Shown in pieces: positions 38,479 to 48,939 of a stretch of DNA of 64,000 nucleotides. A program made the position numbers and the translations under genes. A model generated the notes under the pieces. It was not told where the DNA came from, did no database searches, and worked only from the letters and a program-made list of their open reading frames with translations. The DNA is from Candidatus Latescibacterota bacterium (GTDB taxonomy: Bacteria > Latescibacterota > UBA2968 > UBA8231): the NCBI GenBank assembly GCA_965242865.1, contig CBDETK010000013.1, positions 3,328,001-3,392,000 on the forward strand, written 5' to 3'. Each line of letters begins with the position of its first letter. The first letter of the stretch is position 1.

Positions 38479-39807
38479 ATGCCCTCACCCATCCTCCTGA
38501 CCGACGCCCAAGTCCAAGCCTATTTGACCCAAGGCTACATCACCGTGCAAACCGCTCACCCGCCCGCGGTCCACCAAAACATCCACCGCCAAATCGAAAC
38601 CCTCTTCGCCGCCGACGGCAATCCCGGCAACGATATCCTCCCCAAAGTCCCAGACCTGTACCAAATCCTCCAAGACCCGGCGGTTGACGGCGCGCTCCAG
38701 AGCCTCCTCGGCCCCGCCTACCTCATTCACCCGCACCGCCACTGCCACCACAACCCCAGCGGGTCCCCAGGCCAAGGCATGCACCAAGATAGCTATGAAA
38801 ACGACCAGAACGTCCGCCACCACCGCACGCGCTGGACCATGGCCTTCTACTATCCACAGGACGTCGGCTTGGACATGGGACCGACCGCGATTTTGCCCGC
38901 CACCCAATACTACAATTCGTCTGAGCAGGCCCACGAGCGGCAGGAGCAGCCGCTCTGCGGTCGGGCCGGAACGGTGACCATCGTCCACTACGACCTCTGG
39001 CACCGCGCCATGCCCAATGCCAGCGACCACGACCGCTTCATGGTCAAGTTTCTCTTTACCCGCATGGGCGAGCCGCAGGCTCCCTCGTGGAATTATCGCG
39101 GTGGCACTTGGCGGGCCGAAGGTGCGGAGCCGCCCGCCGCGCTATGCCGTCGCGCCTGGGACTGGATGCGAGGCACCGATACCGCAGCTCCTACGGCGGC
39201 TGCGCTCAACGAGTTGCGTCGGGCTTTAGAAGCCGAAGCCGAAGCCGAGCGGTTGCGTGCCGTATATGCCTTGGCCACGCACGGCGAGGAAGCAATGCCC
39301 CTCCTCTTGAACGCGCTGCGCCGCGAGGCCAAAACGCGCCTCAAAGCCAATCTAGCGAACGCACACACCAACCCCAGCCAACTCGACGCGGTCTTTGCCC
39401 TTTCCGCTGTTGGTCGCGCCGCAGTGCCCCACGTGGTGGAGTTGCTCGGCGAAAACGAGTGGTGGCTCCGCGCTGCGGCCGCCGATGTACTCGGCGACTT
39501 GGGCACCACAGCGTCCGACGCCGTGCCCCAGCTCACTCGCACGCTCGACGACGAGGCCGAGTGGGTGCGGCGCAATGCGGTTGAAGCACTCGGCCACATC
39601 GGTCCGGCCGCGGCCGACGCCGTGCCCGCCTTGAGCCGTTGCCTACGAGATTCCGAGAGCTGGATCCGCCACAACGCCGCCCTCGCGCTGGCCAAGATCG
39701 GCCCGGCTGCGGCCGAGGCTGCGCCTGCCCTGCGCCAAAGCATCGACGACGAGGACTATTACGCCCGGGCCAACGCGGCCGTGGCTTTGGAGCGCATCAG
39801 CCCTTAA
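38479..39807 (+). CDS. PhyH-family dioxygenase fused to HEAT repeats
   Basis: MHQD, HYDLWHR; C-terminal L.D....VR..A..ALG.IG repeats. Confidence 0.85.
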   Translation: MPSPILLTDAQVQAYLTQGYITVQTAHPPAVHQNIHRQIETLFAADGNPGNDILPKVPDLYQILQDPAVDGALQSLLGPAYLIHPHRHCHHNPSGSPGQGMHQDSYENDQNVRHHRTRWTMAFYYPQDVGLDMGPTAILPATQYYNSSEQAHERQEQPLCGRAGTVTIVHYDLWHRAMPNASDHDRFMVKFLFTRMGEPQAPSWNYRGGTWRAEGAEPPAALCRRAWDWMRGTDTAAPTAAALNELRRALEAEAEAERLRAVYALATHGEEAMPLLLNALRREAKTRLKANLANAHTNPSQLDAVFALSAVGRAAVPHVVELLGENEWWLRAAAADVLGDLGTTASDAVPQLTRTLDDEAEWVRRNAVEALGHIGPAAADAVPALSRCLRDSESWIRHNAALALAKIGPAAAEAAPALRQSIDDEDYYARANAAVALERISP

Positions 39808-39936
39808 CAACCGGCTGGCACTTCCGACGAATGGAAATGCGGCAATCGCCGCGCATCTTGCGCTTGTGGATGGAGCGCGAGGCGGCGTGAAGGCCGAAGG
39901 CTTCAGGCGATGGCAGGAACTGGGAAGAAGGATCGG

Positions 39937-41049
39937 CTACAATCCTTTGAACAGGATCGCGCCCATGGTGGACAGCCAGCTAGCTAAGACGATGCCGATG
40001 GTCCAGCGGAAATAGGCTCCGAGCTTGTTGTGGAAATCGCGCACGATCGCGTCGTACTTATTATGCAGATTGCGCTCTACCGCGTCGATTTTGTCATGCA
40101 GTTCCCGATGCGCCACGGCACTCTCCTTGCGAAGCGTCTGCACGGACGCGGCATTCTCCGCTCGGATCGTCTGCACGGACGTGTCGATTTTCTCGTTCAG
40201 GCTCTGATAGGACGCGGCATTTTCGTCGCGGAGTATCTGCACGGACGTGTCGATCTTCTCATGCAGTTCCCGATGCGCCACGGCACTCTCCTCGCGGAGC
40301 GTCTGCACGGACGCAGCATTCTCGTCGCGGAGTATCTGCACGGACGTGTCGATCTTCTCATGCAGGCTCCGATGCGCCACGGCACCCTCGTCGCGCAGGG
40401 TCTGCACGGACGCGGCATTCTCGTCGCGGAGTATCTGCACGGACGTGTCGATCTTCTCATGCAGGCTCCGATGCGCCACGGCACCCTCGTCGCGCAGGGT
40501 CTGCACGGACGCAGCATTTTCGTCGCGGAGTATCTGCACGGACGTGTCGATCTTCTCATGTAGGCTCCGATGCGCCACGGTACTCTCCTCGCGGAGCGTC
40601 TGCACGGACGCGGCATTTTCGTCGCGGAGCGTCTGCACGGACGTGTCGATTTTCTCATGCAGTTCCCGATGCGCCACGGCACTCTCCTCGCGGAGTATCT
40701 GCACGGACGCAGCATTTTCGTCTCGGAGTGTCTGGACGGACGTGTCGATTTTCTCATGCAGTTCCCGATGCGCCACGGCATTCTCGTCGCGGAGTGTCTG
40801 GACGGACGTGTCGATTTTCTCATGCAGTTCCCGATGCGCCACGGTACTCTCGTCGCGGAGCGTCTGCATGGAAGCGGCATTCTTATTGTGCAGCGTCTGC
40901 ACCGCCGCATCCTGCTTTTCATGCAGACCTTGAACGGACACATCGAGCTTATCGCTGACGGCTCGCACGTCGCTTTCAATCAACTCTAAGCGGCGGTTGA
41001 TCTGCTGTAATACGTCGCGGGTGGTTATCTCGGATGTCTCAGGGGTCAT
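39937..41049 (-). CDS. Membrane-anchored coiled-coil protein with 11-aa repeats (DUF1640/CCDC90-like)
   Basis: Units HEKIDTSVQTL, RDENAASVQTL, REESAVAHREL; C-terminal RWTIGIVLASWLSTMGAILF helix. Confidence 0.75.
   Translation of the reverse strand: MTPETSEITTRDVLQQINRRLELIESDVRAVSDKLDVSVQGLHEKQDAAVQTLHNKNAASMQTLRDESTVAHRELHEKIDTSVQTLRDENAVAHRELHEKIDTSVQTLRDENAASVQILREESAVAHRELHEKIDTSVQTLRDENAASVQTLREESTVAHRSLHEKIDTSVQILRDENAASVQTLRDEGAVAHRSLHEKIDTSVQILRDENAASVQTLRDEGAVAHRSLHEKIDTSVQILRDENAASVQTLREESAVAHRELHEKIDTSVQILRDENAASYQSLNEKIDTSVQTIRAENAASVQTLRKESAVAHRELHDKIDAVERNLHNKYDAIVRDFHNKLGAYFRWTIGIVLASWLSTMGAILFKGL
40085..40925. repeat. Coding tandem array of 33-bp units
   Basis: Recurrent TCTGCACGGACG and CGATGCGCCACGG at 33/66/99-bp spacing. 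Confidence 0.92.
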
Positions 41050-41247
41050 CTCGGTATTGCTCCTTGATTGGGGTTAAAATAGACAACAGAAACAGACAAG
41101 CAAAATGCGAGCCACCTTTTTTCTCTAAGGGAATCGCCGTTGTATTGCCTCTTTTTTTGTATCTAATGGCAGACAATGTGACCCCTGTCCTATACAGTCG
41201 ACTCCCCCCTTGATAGCGGCCCGTCAGGCCCTATCTTGTTTGTCGCC

Positions 41248-42291
41248 ATGACTGCACCTTTTCGCATAGGCGTCACCCGCGACTTTCTCAAGGCCGACGG
41301 CACCCTCGGGTTCGGCGATATTGGTCTCGACCTGCTCGACGAAGCGCCAAGGGTCGAGTGGGAATTTCTAGCGGAAAACACCACCGAACTGCGGCCCGAC
41401 CAGATTCGCGGCTACGACGGCTTGCTGGTCCTCACCGCGACAATCAGCGCCGAGACCTTGCAGGGCACGGGCAAGCTGGCGATCGTCGCCCGCTTTGGCG
41501 TCGGCTACGACAGCGTCGACGTCGAAGCCTGCAACGAGCGGGGCGTGCTGTTGACGATTACCCCCGATGGGGTGCGCCGGCCCGTGGCGGTCATGGCCCT
41601 GACGTACCTCTTGGCCCTCAGCCACAAGATGCTGGCCAAGGATCGCCTAGTGCGCGAGGGCCGCTGGAACGAGCGGCTCAATTACATGGGCATGGGCGTC
41701 ACCGGCCGCACCCTAGGGCTGGTCGGCCTAGGCAATATCGGCCGCGAGATCTGCACTTTAGCCAAGCCCTTCGGCATTCGCTGCATGGCCGCCGACCCTT
41801 TTGTCGATGCGGCACAAGCCCGCGCCGCTGGGGCCGAACTGGTTGAACTCGACTCGTTGCTGCAACGCGCCGATTATGTCTGTATTTGCTGCGCCCTCAC
41901 TGAGGCGACCCATCACCTCATCGGCGAGCGCGAGCTCGCACTGATGAAGGAGAGTGCCTATCTCATCAACGCGGCTCGCGGCCCCATCGTCGATCAGCAG
42001 GCCCTGACCCGCGCCCTGCAGCGGGGGCAGATCGCCGGTGCTGGCCTCGACGTTTTTGAAACAGAGCCTGTATCCCAAGACGAGCCGGTGCTGGCCCTCA
42101 CCGACCAGACCATCGTCGCTCCGCACGGGCTTTGCTGGACCGATGAGTGTTTCCGCCTCATTGGCCGCAGTGCCTGCCGCAGCATCCTAACGGTCGCCTC
42201 GGGTCGCTTGCCCGAATACGCGGTCAACCCCCAAGTGGCCGAGCATCCTCGTCTCAAAGAAAAACTGAACCACTATCGAGCTATCGGATGA
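41248..42291 (+). CDS. D-isomer-specific 2-hydroxyacid dehydrogenase
   Basis: RFGVGYD, GLGNIG, INAARG, AGLDVF..EP, APH. Confidence 0.92.
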   Translation: MTAPFRIGVTRDFLKADGTLGFGDIGLDLLDEAPRVEWEFLAENTTELRPDQIRGYDGLLVLTATISAETLQGTGKLAIVARFGVGYDSVDVEACNERGVLLTITPDGVRRPVAVMALTYLLALSHKMLAKDRLVREGRWNERLNYMGMGVTGRTLGLVGLGNIGREICTLAKPFGIRCMAADPFVDAAQARAAGAELVELDSLLQRADYVCICCALTEATHHLIGERELALMKESAYLINAARGPIVDQQALTRALQRGQIAGAGLDVFETEPVSQDEPVLALTDQTIVAPHGLCWTDECFRLIGRSACRSILTVASGRLPEYAVNPQVAEHPRLKEKLNHYRAIG

Positions 42292-43070
42292 AACCCAACA
42301 AAGTCAAACGCGCCCTCAAAGAGGGCGGCACAGTCATCGGCACCATGACCCTTGAGTTTTGCACCCCAGGCATTGCTCGTCTCTCTGCCGAGGCGGGGGC
42401 CGAATTCATTATGTACGACATGGAGCACACTGGCTGGAGCGTCGAGACGGTGCGCGACCTGATTGCCACCACCAACGCCGGCCACATCGAGCCTTTTGTG
42501 CGGGTGCCGGCGACCCAATACCACTTCATCGCCCGCGTCCTCGACGTCGGGGCGCGGGGCATCATGGTGCCGATGGTTGGCGACGCGCAGCAGGCCGAGG
42601 TCATCGTGCAGTCAGGCAAGTACCCGCCCCTAGGCCAGCGCGGCGCGGCCTTTCAAATCGCACACGACCACTTCGCTGCAGGCTCCATCGTTGGCAAGAT
42701 CGAGCACGCCAACGCCGAGGGCCTGCTGATCGCTCAGATCGAAAACCGCCCCGGGCTCGAAAACGTAGAGCGCATTGCCGCGGTAGAAGGGATTGACGTG
42801 CTGTGGATAGGGGGGTTTGACTTGAGCAACTTCTTGGGGATTTCCGGGCAGTTTGACCACCCCGAATTCACCGCCGCCCTCGAGCGCGTCGTCGCGGCTT
42901 GCGACCGCCACGGCAAGGCCGCGGGCTACTTGGTCAATACCATTGAGGAGGGAACGGAGATGCTGGGCCGCGGCTTTCGCTGCATAGCTTATGGCGGCGA
43001 CTTGTGGCTCTATCGCCGCGCCTTGAGCGAAGGGATTGAAGGGCTGCGGACGAGGGTGTGGCGGGGGTGA
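42288..43070 (+). CDS. HpcH/HpaI aldolase family protein
   Basis: DMEH, VRVP, LDVGARGIMVPMV, QIE, IGGFDL. Confidence 0.9.
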   Translation: MKPNKVKRALKEGGTVIGTMTLEFCTPGIARLSAEAGAEFIMYDMEHTGWSVETVRDLIATTNAGHIEPFVRVPATQYHFIARVLDVGARGIMVPMVGDAQQAEVIVQSGKYPPLGQRGAAFQIAHDHFAAGSIVGKIEHANAEGLLIAQIENRPGLENVERIAAVEGIDVLWIGGFDLSNFLGISGQFDHPEFTAALERVVAACDRHGKAAGYLVNTIEEGTEMLGRGFRCIAYGGDLWLYRRALSEGIEGLRTRVWRG

Positions 43071-43124
43071 GATGAGAAGGCGCGTAGGGCAGGGCGAGCC
43101 GCTTGCATCCCGTATTAACCCGGC

Positions 43125-44846
43125 TTACGACGAGTGCATTTCCGAAATAAGCCGCCTAGTATCCTCTAACAGGCTATTGAGTTCTTGGAAGAGGTCGCTA
43201 CGCGATTGTTGCATGTCTCTGAGTTTTTCGAGTTCCTCATCTATCTCCGCAATGCGCTGGCCGATGGTTTGATCCGCATAAGTGGCAGTCGCTTTATCGT
43301 AATGGAGTTCGACTGCGTGGGCGGCTTCATCAAACCCCGCCCGCACCGCCACCCGGCCTTCGCGCAATTCCCGTTCCAGCTTGGCGGCATCGGCGTCTTC
43401 TTTGATTTGAAGCGCAATGCTCAAAACAACCCCTGCTACGGACAAAACCCGACCAGCGTTTGCAATATTTCGCGTCCACTTCACTGCCTCCCACGGCTTA
43501 AAGGATTTCCCAAAGAAATGACCTATATTTTTGACCATACCGTGAGTTGCTGTACCCGAATACTGGTTGAGTTTGAACAGACCGGAGAAGGTCGAGGTTG
43601 TGGGAGTGAAAGACTTACTTACTAGAAATGACCCAAGTCGGTAGGTTACATCTCCACCTTGTTTCATCTTAGACAACGTCTCAGGATCCATGTCGAGATC
43701 TTGGACTCTTTTTCTTAGCCTCGACAGCAACTCTTTAGCTAATTCGCTCTCCGCGATTTGCTCTACCCTCTCCGCGAGATTGTTGATACCCTCTTCCATC
43801 GTTTTCTGAATGAGTCCAGACAACTCATCCACTTGCTTTTCAACACGCCCTTGGGCAGCCGTTAATTCCCGATTGACAGCATCGGAGTCCGCGCCTCCAC
43901 GAATTAGGTCCGCCGCCTTACGTCCTTCTTCCCTAATCTCATTTACAGTCTGTTGGACCTTACTTTCCACGGATTGAGAAACCTGTGCCTTACCATTCAC
44001 TAATGCACGTCGTTGCTGAGTAAGCAATTCTTGCAAAGCATCTACATCGATATCACCGCTCGACTCGGCTGCGAGGGCCTCTTGAAGCACCTGTTCAAGG
44101 GTGTAGAGCGATGTTGTATAACGTGCAGTTAGTCCCTTCTCTTCCACGAACGCATTGAAATTATCGAAGAAATCGTCAAAACCACTTCTTTTGTGGAAAA
44201 TTTTGCGAAACTCTTCGTCTCGCTCTGCACGGGCCTCAAGCGCGGCCTCAGCATCTACAAAAGAGAGGCGAAGCTGTTCCGGGGTAAACGGTACGAGGAC
44301 TTTTCGGAGGTCTTCCCGGAGTACGCCCTGAACTTCTGGTGTATTTCCCTTAGCGCATCGCTGCATCTTGTTTACAACCAACAGCATCTCGTGAGCTTTT
44401 TCCTGTTCAATCGCGAGCTTCCTGAAATGCTCCGCGATATGGGCGTCAAATAGTTCGTTGGTCACAACAAAGACCAAAAGGTCGGCTTTACTAATCGCCT
44501 CGTACGTTATTACGTCGTGGTCGGGCCGTATCTCTGTGTGGACGCCGGGCGTATCTATCACCGTGATTCCGTTCCAGTCGAGCTGTTGTACCTGTTGAGT
44601 CGTAATACCAGCCCCAATAGCTATGTCTTCTCGCCCCGTCATCACCTTGAGAATCGAAGACTTGCCAGCACTGTATTGACCGGCAAAGACTACATGGACA
44701 GCTTTATCAGGCGGTGCAACTTCTTTCGGAATCCGTTGAGCAAGCTCTCGCACCTTGTCAAAAGGCGCATCTTTGATAACTCTTTCTGCCTTCTTGAGTA
44801 GAGTCTGTCCCCTTTCCAAGCATGATTGAATATGTACAGTTTTCAT
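43125..44846 (-). CDS. Dynamin-like GTPase, LeoA-like
   Basis: GQYSAGKSS, ITT, DTPG, NKMQ; long helical stalk with a hydrophobic paddle; AT-rich. Confidence 0.8.
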   Translation of the reverse strand: MKTVHIQSCLERGQTLLKKAERVIKDAPFDKVRELAQRIPKEVAPPDKAVHVVFAGQYSAGKSSILKVMTGREDIAIGAGITTQQVQQLDWNGITVIDTPGVHTEIRPDHDVITYEAISKADLLVFVVTNELFDAHIAEHFRKLAIEQEKAHEMLLVVNKMQRCAKGNTPEVQGVLREDLRKVLVPFTPEQLRLSFVDAEAALEARAERDEEFRKIFHKRSGFDDFFDNFNAFVEEKGLTARYTTSLYTLEQVLQEALAAESSGDIDVDALQELLTQQRRALVNGKAQVSQSVESKVQQTVNEIREEGRKAADLIRGGADSDAVNRELTAAQGRVEKQVDELSGLIQKTMEEGINNLAERVEQIAESELAKELLSRLRKRVQDLDMDPETLSKMKQGGDVTYRLGSFLVSKSFTPTTSTFSGLFKLNQYSGTATHGMVKNIGHFFGKSFKPWEAVKWTRNIANAGRVLSVAGVVLSIALQIKEDADAAKLERELREGRVAVRAGFDEAAHAVELHYDKATATYADQTIGQRIAEIDEELEKLRDMQQSRSDLFQELNSLLEDTRRLISEMHSS

Positions 44847-46976
44847 TCAATGGCTCCTTTCTGAGTTCATCACATGGAGTTCGGTTAGCTGTTGCGCCAA
44901 CTTGATCCGATAGATGCCAACCGAGTCGAGTGGTCCTATAGGCACATGCGCGACTTGAATTTTTGATTCAATACTGACTTTGTCCGGATCACAGTTGCGT
45001 CCGATGGCTTGGGATAGAATTGATTTTTCGTCGCGAGTGTTGACCACAAACCAGACATTTTCTCCAAGCAGTTTCCCCAAACTCTTACGCACTTCCTCCG
45101 GGAACTTAGTTTCAATCAGCAGCATGATAGACAGTCCAGGAACTCGCGCTATATCCGATATGAGATTACCACTGTCTTTATTTTTTAGTTGCTCAAGTGC
45201 TTTGTTGATCAAGGCACGGTGCAATTCTTTCTGTTGCTTGTTGATTCTCCAAGCCAAGGCCCTCTGTCTATCTGCCAGTTCTAAGGTGCTCGATATGATC
45301 AACTGAAAGTCTTGGAGAAGGACATCAACTTGCTCTCTGAGAAGGCGTTGGTAGAACCAATCCTTTAGCTCCTTTTGGAGGCTGCGTTCTATTTTTTTCA
45401 CATCACTTTTAAGCCTGTCTTCAAGTTTTTTGCGTTGCCTCCTCGCCTTTTCTTCTCGGTCTCCGAAGAACCAAGAAAAGATACGTCCTATGACCCCAAA
45501 TGCTGCTGCTACCAAACCAAGAGGACCGCTGGAAAGAATCAAAGCAGCGAGACCAAGCCCGCTAGCAGTAATCGTGGTCATCCATTTCCAAGCACGTTTT
45601 GCGTCGAATATAGAGTCCATGCTAATTCTGCGTTCGCCAGCAAACGTACCGACAAACTTCAGTTCGGATTCAAGTTGTCGTGAAACTTCTGACAGTTCAC
45701 TTTGCATTTCGTTCTGAATCTGCTCAATAAGTTTATTTCTCTTTCGCTCAATGCCTTGACTCTCAACTAGGTGCTTCCAGCGTTCGCCAGCATCCCGTGA
45801 TTCGTAGTTGTCTTCCGCAAATCCCGGAATTTTAGCGCGTAGCGAGTTCATCTCTTTTTCGACGAATGTATCAATGCGCTCTTTGCCACTTTTGCGAAAT
45901 CGATCAGACCACGACTTAACTTGGCGATTCTTGTCTATGAGAACTCTGCCACTGGACGAGTTCTGGGCACTAAAGTCCAACAATTTTTCGCTAAACTCAA
46001 ACATTGGAACGACAGCACCATCAATGAAGCTCTTCCATCTCAAGAATGTTCCACGTTCGACTACTTCCGATACAATTTGCTTTTCGACAGCGTTGAAGCG
46101 ACTCGCGTGTTCCAACTCGCTATGCTGAGGTTCACCGGGCTGCTGAGATAGAAATTTTGATTGCAAATGGGTGTAAACGAAATATATTCGCCTACCCGGA
46201 CTGTATCTTTCCGCAAACTCGTGGAATTGTCGGACGATAGCATCGAAATCCTTTCGTTTTCGGTTGAACCAATTCCTTTTTAGAAAAAGGCTCACATCGT
46301 CTGCATCGTTGAGAGCGGTTTTAACATTGCAGATACCCACAATCGGTTTGCCGAGAGCCCGAACACGTGCGAAACACTCCGCTTCCTCGTTCTGTGGCGC
46401 ATCGTCAGTAATTAGAAAAAGCACGAGGTCCGATTGCTGGGCGGCTTCGAACGCCTTTTCTTCGTCCTCACGGCCCTCAAACGCAGCTATACCGGGCACA
46501 TCGGTAATTTTGAGCCCTTCCCAGTCATAGCTACGCACATCTCGAGTCGTGCGCTGGCCTCCCTTGCCGATGGACGAACCGTCGCCGTTAGTCAAAATCT
46601 CCATCAACGTTGATTTACCTGTCATCGTGCGGCCAAAGAGGGCAATAGAGAATTTGTCTAACCGTGTATGGTTCTCTTCTACTTGGCGCACCTGTTTTTC
46701 GTGCAACGAATAGAGTTCCGACACCACTTGTTGTAGCTGTTTTTGGGTCTTCTTTTCAATGTCAGAGGTCTGGATATTTCCATCTTTCAGGCTTGTCAGT
46801 TGTTGTTTCAAATCCTCTGAAATCTCGTCTATAGCAACCTTGATTCCGTCGAGGTTGCCCTTTGCAATCTTATATCCTTCACGGGCTGATCGAGAGCATT
46901 TATCAAGGGCCTTCTGCAACTCGGTCTTTTTTTGAAAAATTCTTGAGATTCTTGAAATTGCTCTATTCATTAACAT
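44847..46976 (-). CDS. Dynamin-like GTPase, LeoBC-like
   Basis: GRTMTGKST, RTT, DVPG, NVK; paired hydrophobic helices; AT-rich. Confidence 0.78.
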   Translation of the reverse strand: MLMNRAISRISRIFQKKTELQKALDKCSRSAREGYKIAKGNLDGIKVAIDEISEDLKQQLTSLKDGNIQTSDIEKKTQKQLQQVVSELYSLHEKQVRQVEENHTRLDKFSIALFGRTMTGKSTLMEILTNGDGSSIGKGGQRTTRDVRSYDWEGLKITDVPGIAAFEGREDEEKAFEAAQQSDLVLFLITDDAPQNEEAECFARVRALGKPIVGICNVKTALNDADDVSLFLKRNWFNRKRKDFDAIVRQFHEFAERYSPGRRIYFVYTHLQSKFLSQQPGEPQHSELEHASRFNAVEKQIVSEVVERGTFLRWKSFIDGAVVPMFEFSEKLLDFSAQNSSSGRVLIDKNRQVKSWSDRFRKSGKERIDTFVEKEMNSLRAKIPGFAEDNYESRDAGERWKHLVESQGIERKRNKLIEQIQNEMQSELSEVSRQLESELKFVGTFAGERRISMDSIFDAKRAWKWMTTITASGLGLAALILSSGPLGLVAAAFGVIGRIFSWFFGDREEKARRQRKKLEDRLKSDVKKIERSLQKELKDWFYQRLLREQVDVLLQDFQLIISSTLELADRQRALAWRINKQQKELHRALINKALEQLKNKDSGNLISDIARVPGLSIMLLIETKFPEEVRKSLGKLLGENVWFVVNTRDEKSILSQAIGRNCDPDKVSIESKIQVAHVPIGPLDSVGIYRIKLAQQLTELHVMNSERSH

Positions 46977-47034
46977 AATGTCCTTATTTGAACTTGAACG
47001 ATAGTTCTTAACCGGCGCGAGCGGCACTATTCAC

Positions 47035-47823
47035 CTACTCCCCCTCCAACGCCCGCCGCATCGCCTCCCCTTGCTCGCGCCAATACCCGTACAGCAACGA
47101 TATATCCGTGCCGACGCAAAAGTGCCGCACCCCCATGTCGAGATAACGCTTGGCGTCGTCGGCTGAGTTGATCTCGGCGCGCGGATGGATGCCCATTTCC
47201 AAGGCGGTCTTAAAGACCTTTGCTTCGGCGGCGGCAATTTCCGGTGCGCCGCGCTGACCGGCCTTGCCGACGCTCATGGAGTAATCGGCCCCTCCCCACT
47301 GGACCATCTCGACTCCTTCCACCGAGAGCATGGCCTCCAAGTCGGCGACAGCACTCTGCTTTTCGATCATCAACACCACGACCACGTCGCGCAACGCTTG
47401 AACGTACTCCGGGGTGCCGCCGTAGCTCATATAGGCAAAGCGCCGCATGGCGACCCCGTAGGTGCCTTCGTCGCCGGGCGCATCGGCGCGCACACAGCGC
47501 ACACAGGCCCGGGCGTCGTCTGGATCGCGCACATCGGCAAAGAGGACGCTGCCAAAGCCCGACCCAATGGCCCGTTGGGCCACGTAAGCGCGGTTTTCGG
47601 CATCGACCTTGATCATCGTTCCCAAATCCCATAGCTCGGCGGCTCGGGCGAGATTGTCCAAGTCGTGCAGGTCAAAGGGGGCGTACTCGGCGACAAACTC
47701 CACGTAGTCGTACGCGCCGGTATGCCCTAGAGCTTCGACGACCGACGGCCAAGTGGTGTGAATGTGGGTGGCGAGCGTCGGCTCACCGGCGTTGAGTTTT
47801 TCGCGCAGCTTGTTGGGTCTCAT
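47035..47823 (-). CDS. HpcH/HpaI aldolase family protein
   Basis: MRPNKLREKL, MIEK, QWGGADYS. Confidence 0.85.
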   Translation of the reverse strand: MRPNKLREKLNAGEPTLATHIHTTWPSVVEALGHTGAYDYVEFVAEYAPFDLHDLDNLARAAELWDLGTMIKVDAENRAYVAQRAIGSGFGSVLFADVRDPDDARACVRCVRADAPGDEGTYGVAMRRFAYMSYGGTPEYVQALRDVVVVLMIEKQSAVADLEAMLSVEGVEMVQWGGADYSMSVGKAGQRGAPEIAAAEAKVFKTALEMGIHPRAEINSADDAKRYLDMGVRHFCVGTDISLLYGYWREQGEAMRRALEGE

Positions 47824-47840
47824 GGTTCCTTTCCCTTCCT

Positions 47841-48812
47841 TTAAGATTGAACCTCGTCGCGGTCAGTAGCGGGCGGCGGCGCAATCGAAAGCGCCGACAC
47901 CTCATCGCGCATCTCGGCAGATATGGCAAAGTCGAGCGCGGCGAGCGATGGCTTGAGTTGGTCGAGATCGCGCCCGCCGACAATCGGCGCGGTCACGTCT
48001 GTGTGCCCCATAACCCAAGCGACCGCCAAGGTCGCCGGATGTACGCCCTTGGCGCCGGCATAGCGCACGAAACGCTCGGCGATTTCGTAGAACACCGGGT
48101 TGGCGTAGCGTTTGATGTAATTGTCCTGCTGCAAGAGACGCCCCCGTGCGGGCCGCTTGTCGATCCCGTACTTGCCGGTCAGCAAGCCGCCGCCTAACGG
48201 GCTATAGGTAATCACGCCTAAGCCTTCGGAGCGGGCCAGCGGCAGGATTTCTACCTCCACTTGCCGCTTGGCCAAGTTGTACATGGGCTGAATACACGCA
48301 AAAGACGCCAGCCCTTCGCGGGCGCAGTGGCCGAGGGCTTTGGCCATTTGCCAAGCGGCCCAGTTGCTCACGGCCGGATAGAGGATTTTGCCGCGGCGCA
48401 CCAAGTCGTCGAGCGCGGCGAGGGTCTCTTCCATCGGTGTCTCTTCGTCGAAATTGTGGACGAAGTAGAAATCGAGGCGGTCCGTCTGCAACCGCCTGAG
48501 ACTGGCCTCAACGGCCTGCACAATGTGCCGCCGCGACAAGCCCCGGTCGTTGGGGCCATCCCCCATCGGCCCGCAGACCTTTGAGGTGATGACCAACTCG
48601 TCGCGCTCGCCTTGGATCAACCGACCCAAGATCTCCTCGGACCGCCCGTTGGAATAGATGTTAGCCGTGTCGAAGAAATTGATCCCCAACTCGCGGCAGT
48701 AGCGGTACATCTGCCCAGATGTCGCCTCGTCCGCATCGCCGCCAAAGGCCATGGTGCCGTAGCACAGGGAAGACACTTTGACGCCCGTGCGACCTAGGGT
48801 GTTGTATTGCAT
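47841..48812 (-). CDS. Aldo/keto reductase
   Basis: LGRTG..VS, FDTANIY, SEEILG, YSPLGGG. Confidence 0.93.
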   Translation of the reverse strand: MQYNTLGRTGVKVSSLCYGTMAFGGDADEATSGQMYRYCRELGINFFDTANIYSNGRSEEILGRLIQGERDELVITSKVCGPMGDGPNDRGLSRRHIVQAVEASLRRLQTDRLDFYFVHNFDEETPMEETLAALDDLVRRGKILYPAVSNWAAWQMAKALGHCAREGLASFACIQPMYNLAKRQVEVEILPLARSEGLGVITYSPLGGGLLTGKYGIDKRPARGRLLQQDNYIKRYANPVFYEIAERFVRYAGAKGVHPATLAVAWVMGHTDVTAPIVGGRDLDQLKPSLAALDFAISAEMRDEVSALSIAPPPATDRDEVQS

Positions 48813-48939
48813 TTTTCCATCTCCTCAGCGGGGCAAGCTAAGAAAGACTGCACCCGCTATCAAGCGGCGTCATTGGCCGCACCGCACGGCCGTTCTATAT
48901 TAAACGCGCACCCCGCATTACAGGAGCAATTCAACCCCC

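Noticed and set aside
40085-40925. Possible CRISPR array
   Set aside because: Units are contiguous 33-bp coding repeats with no unique spacers, and no cas genes are nearby
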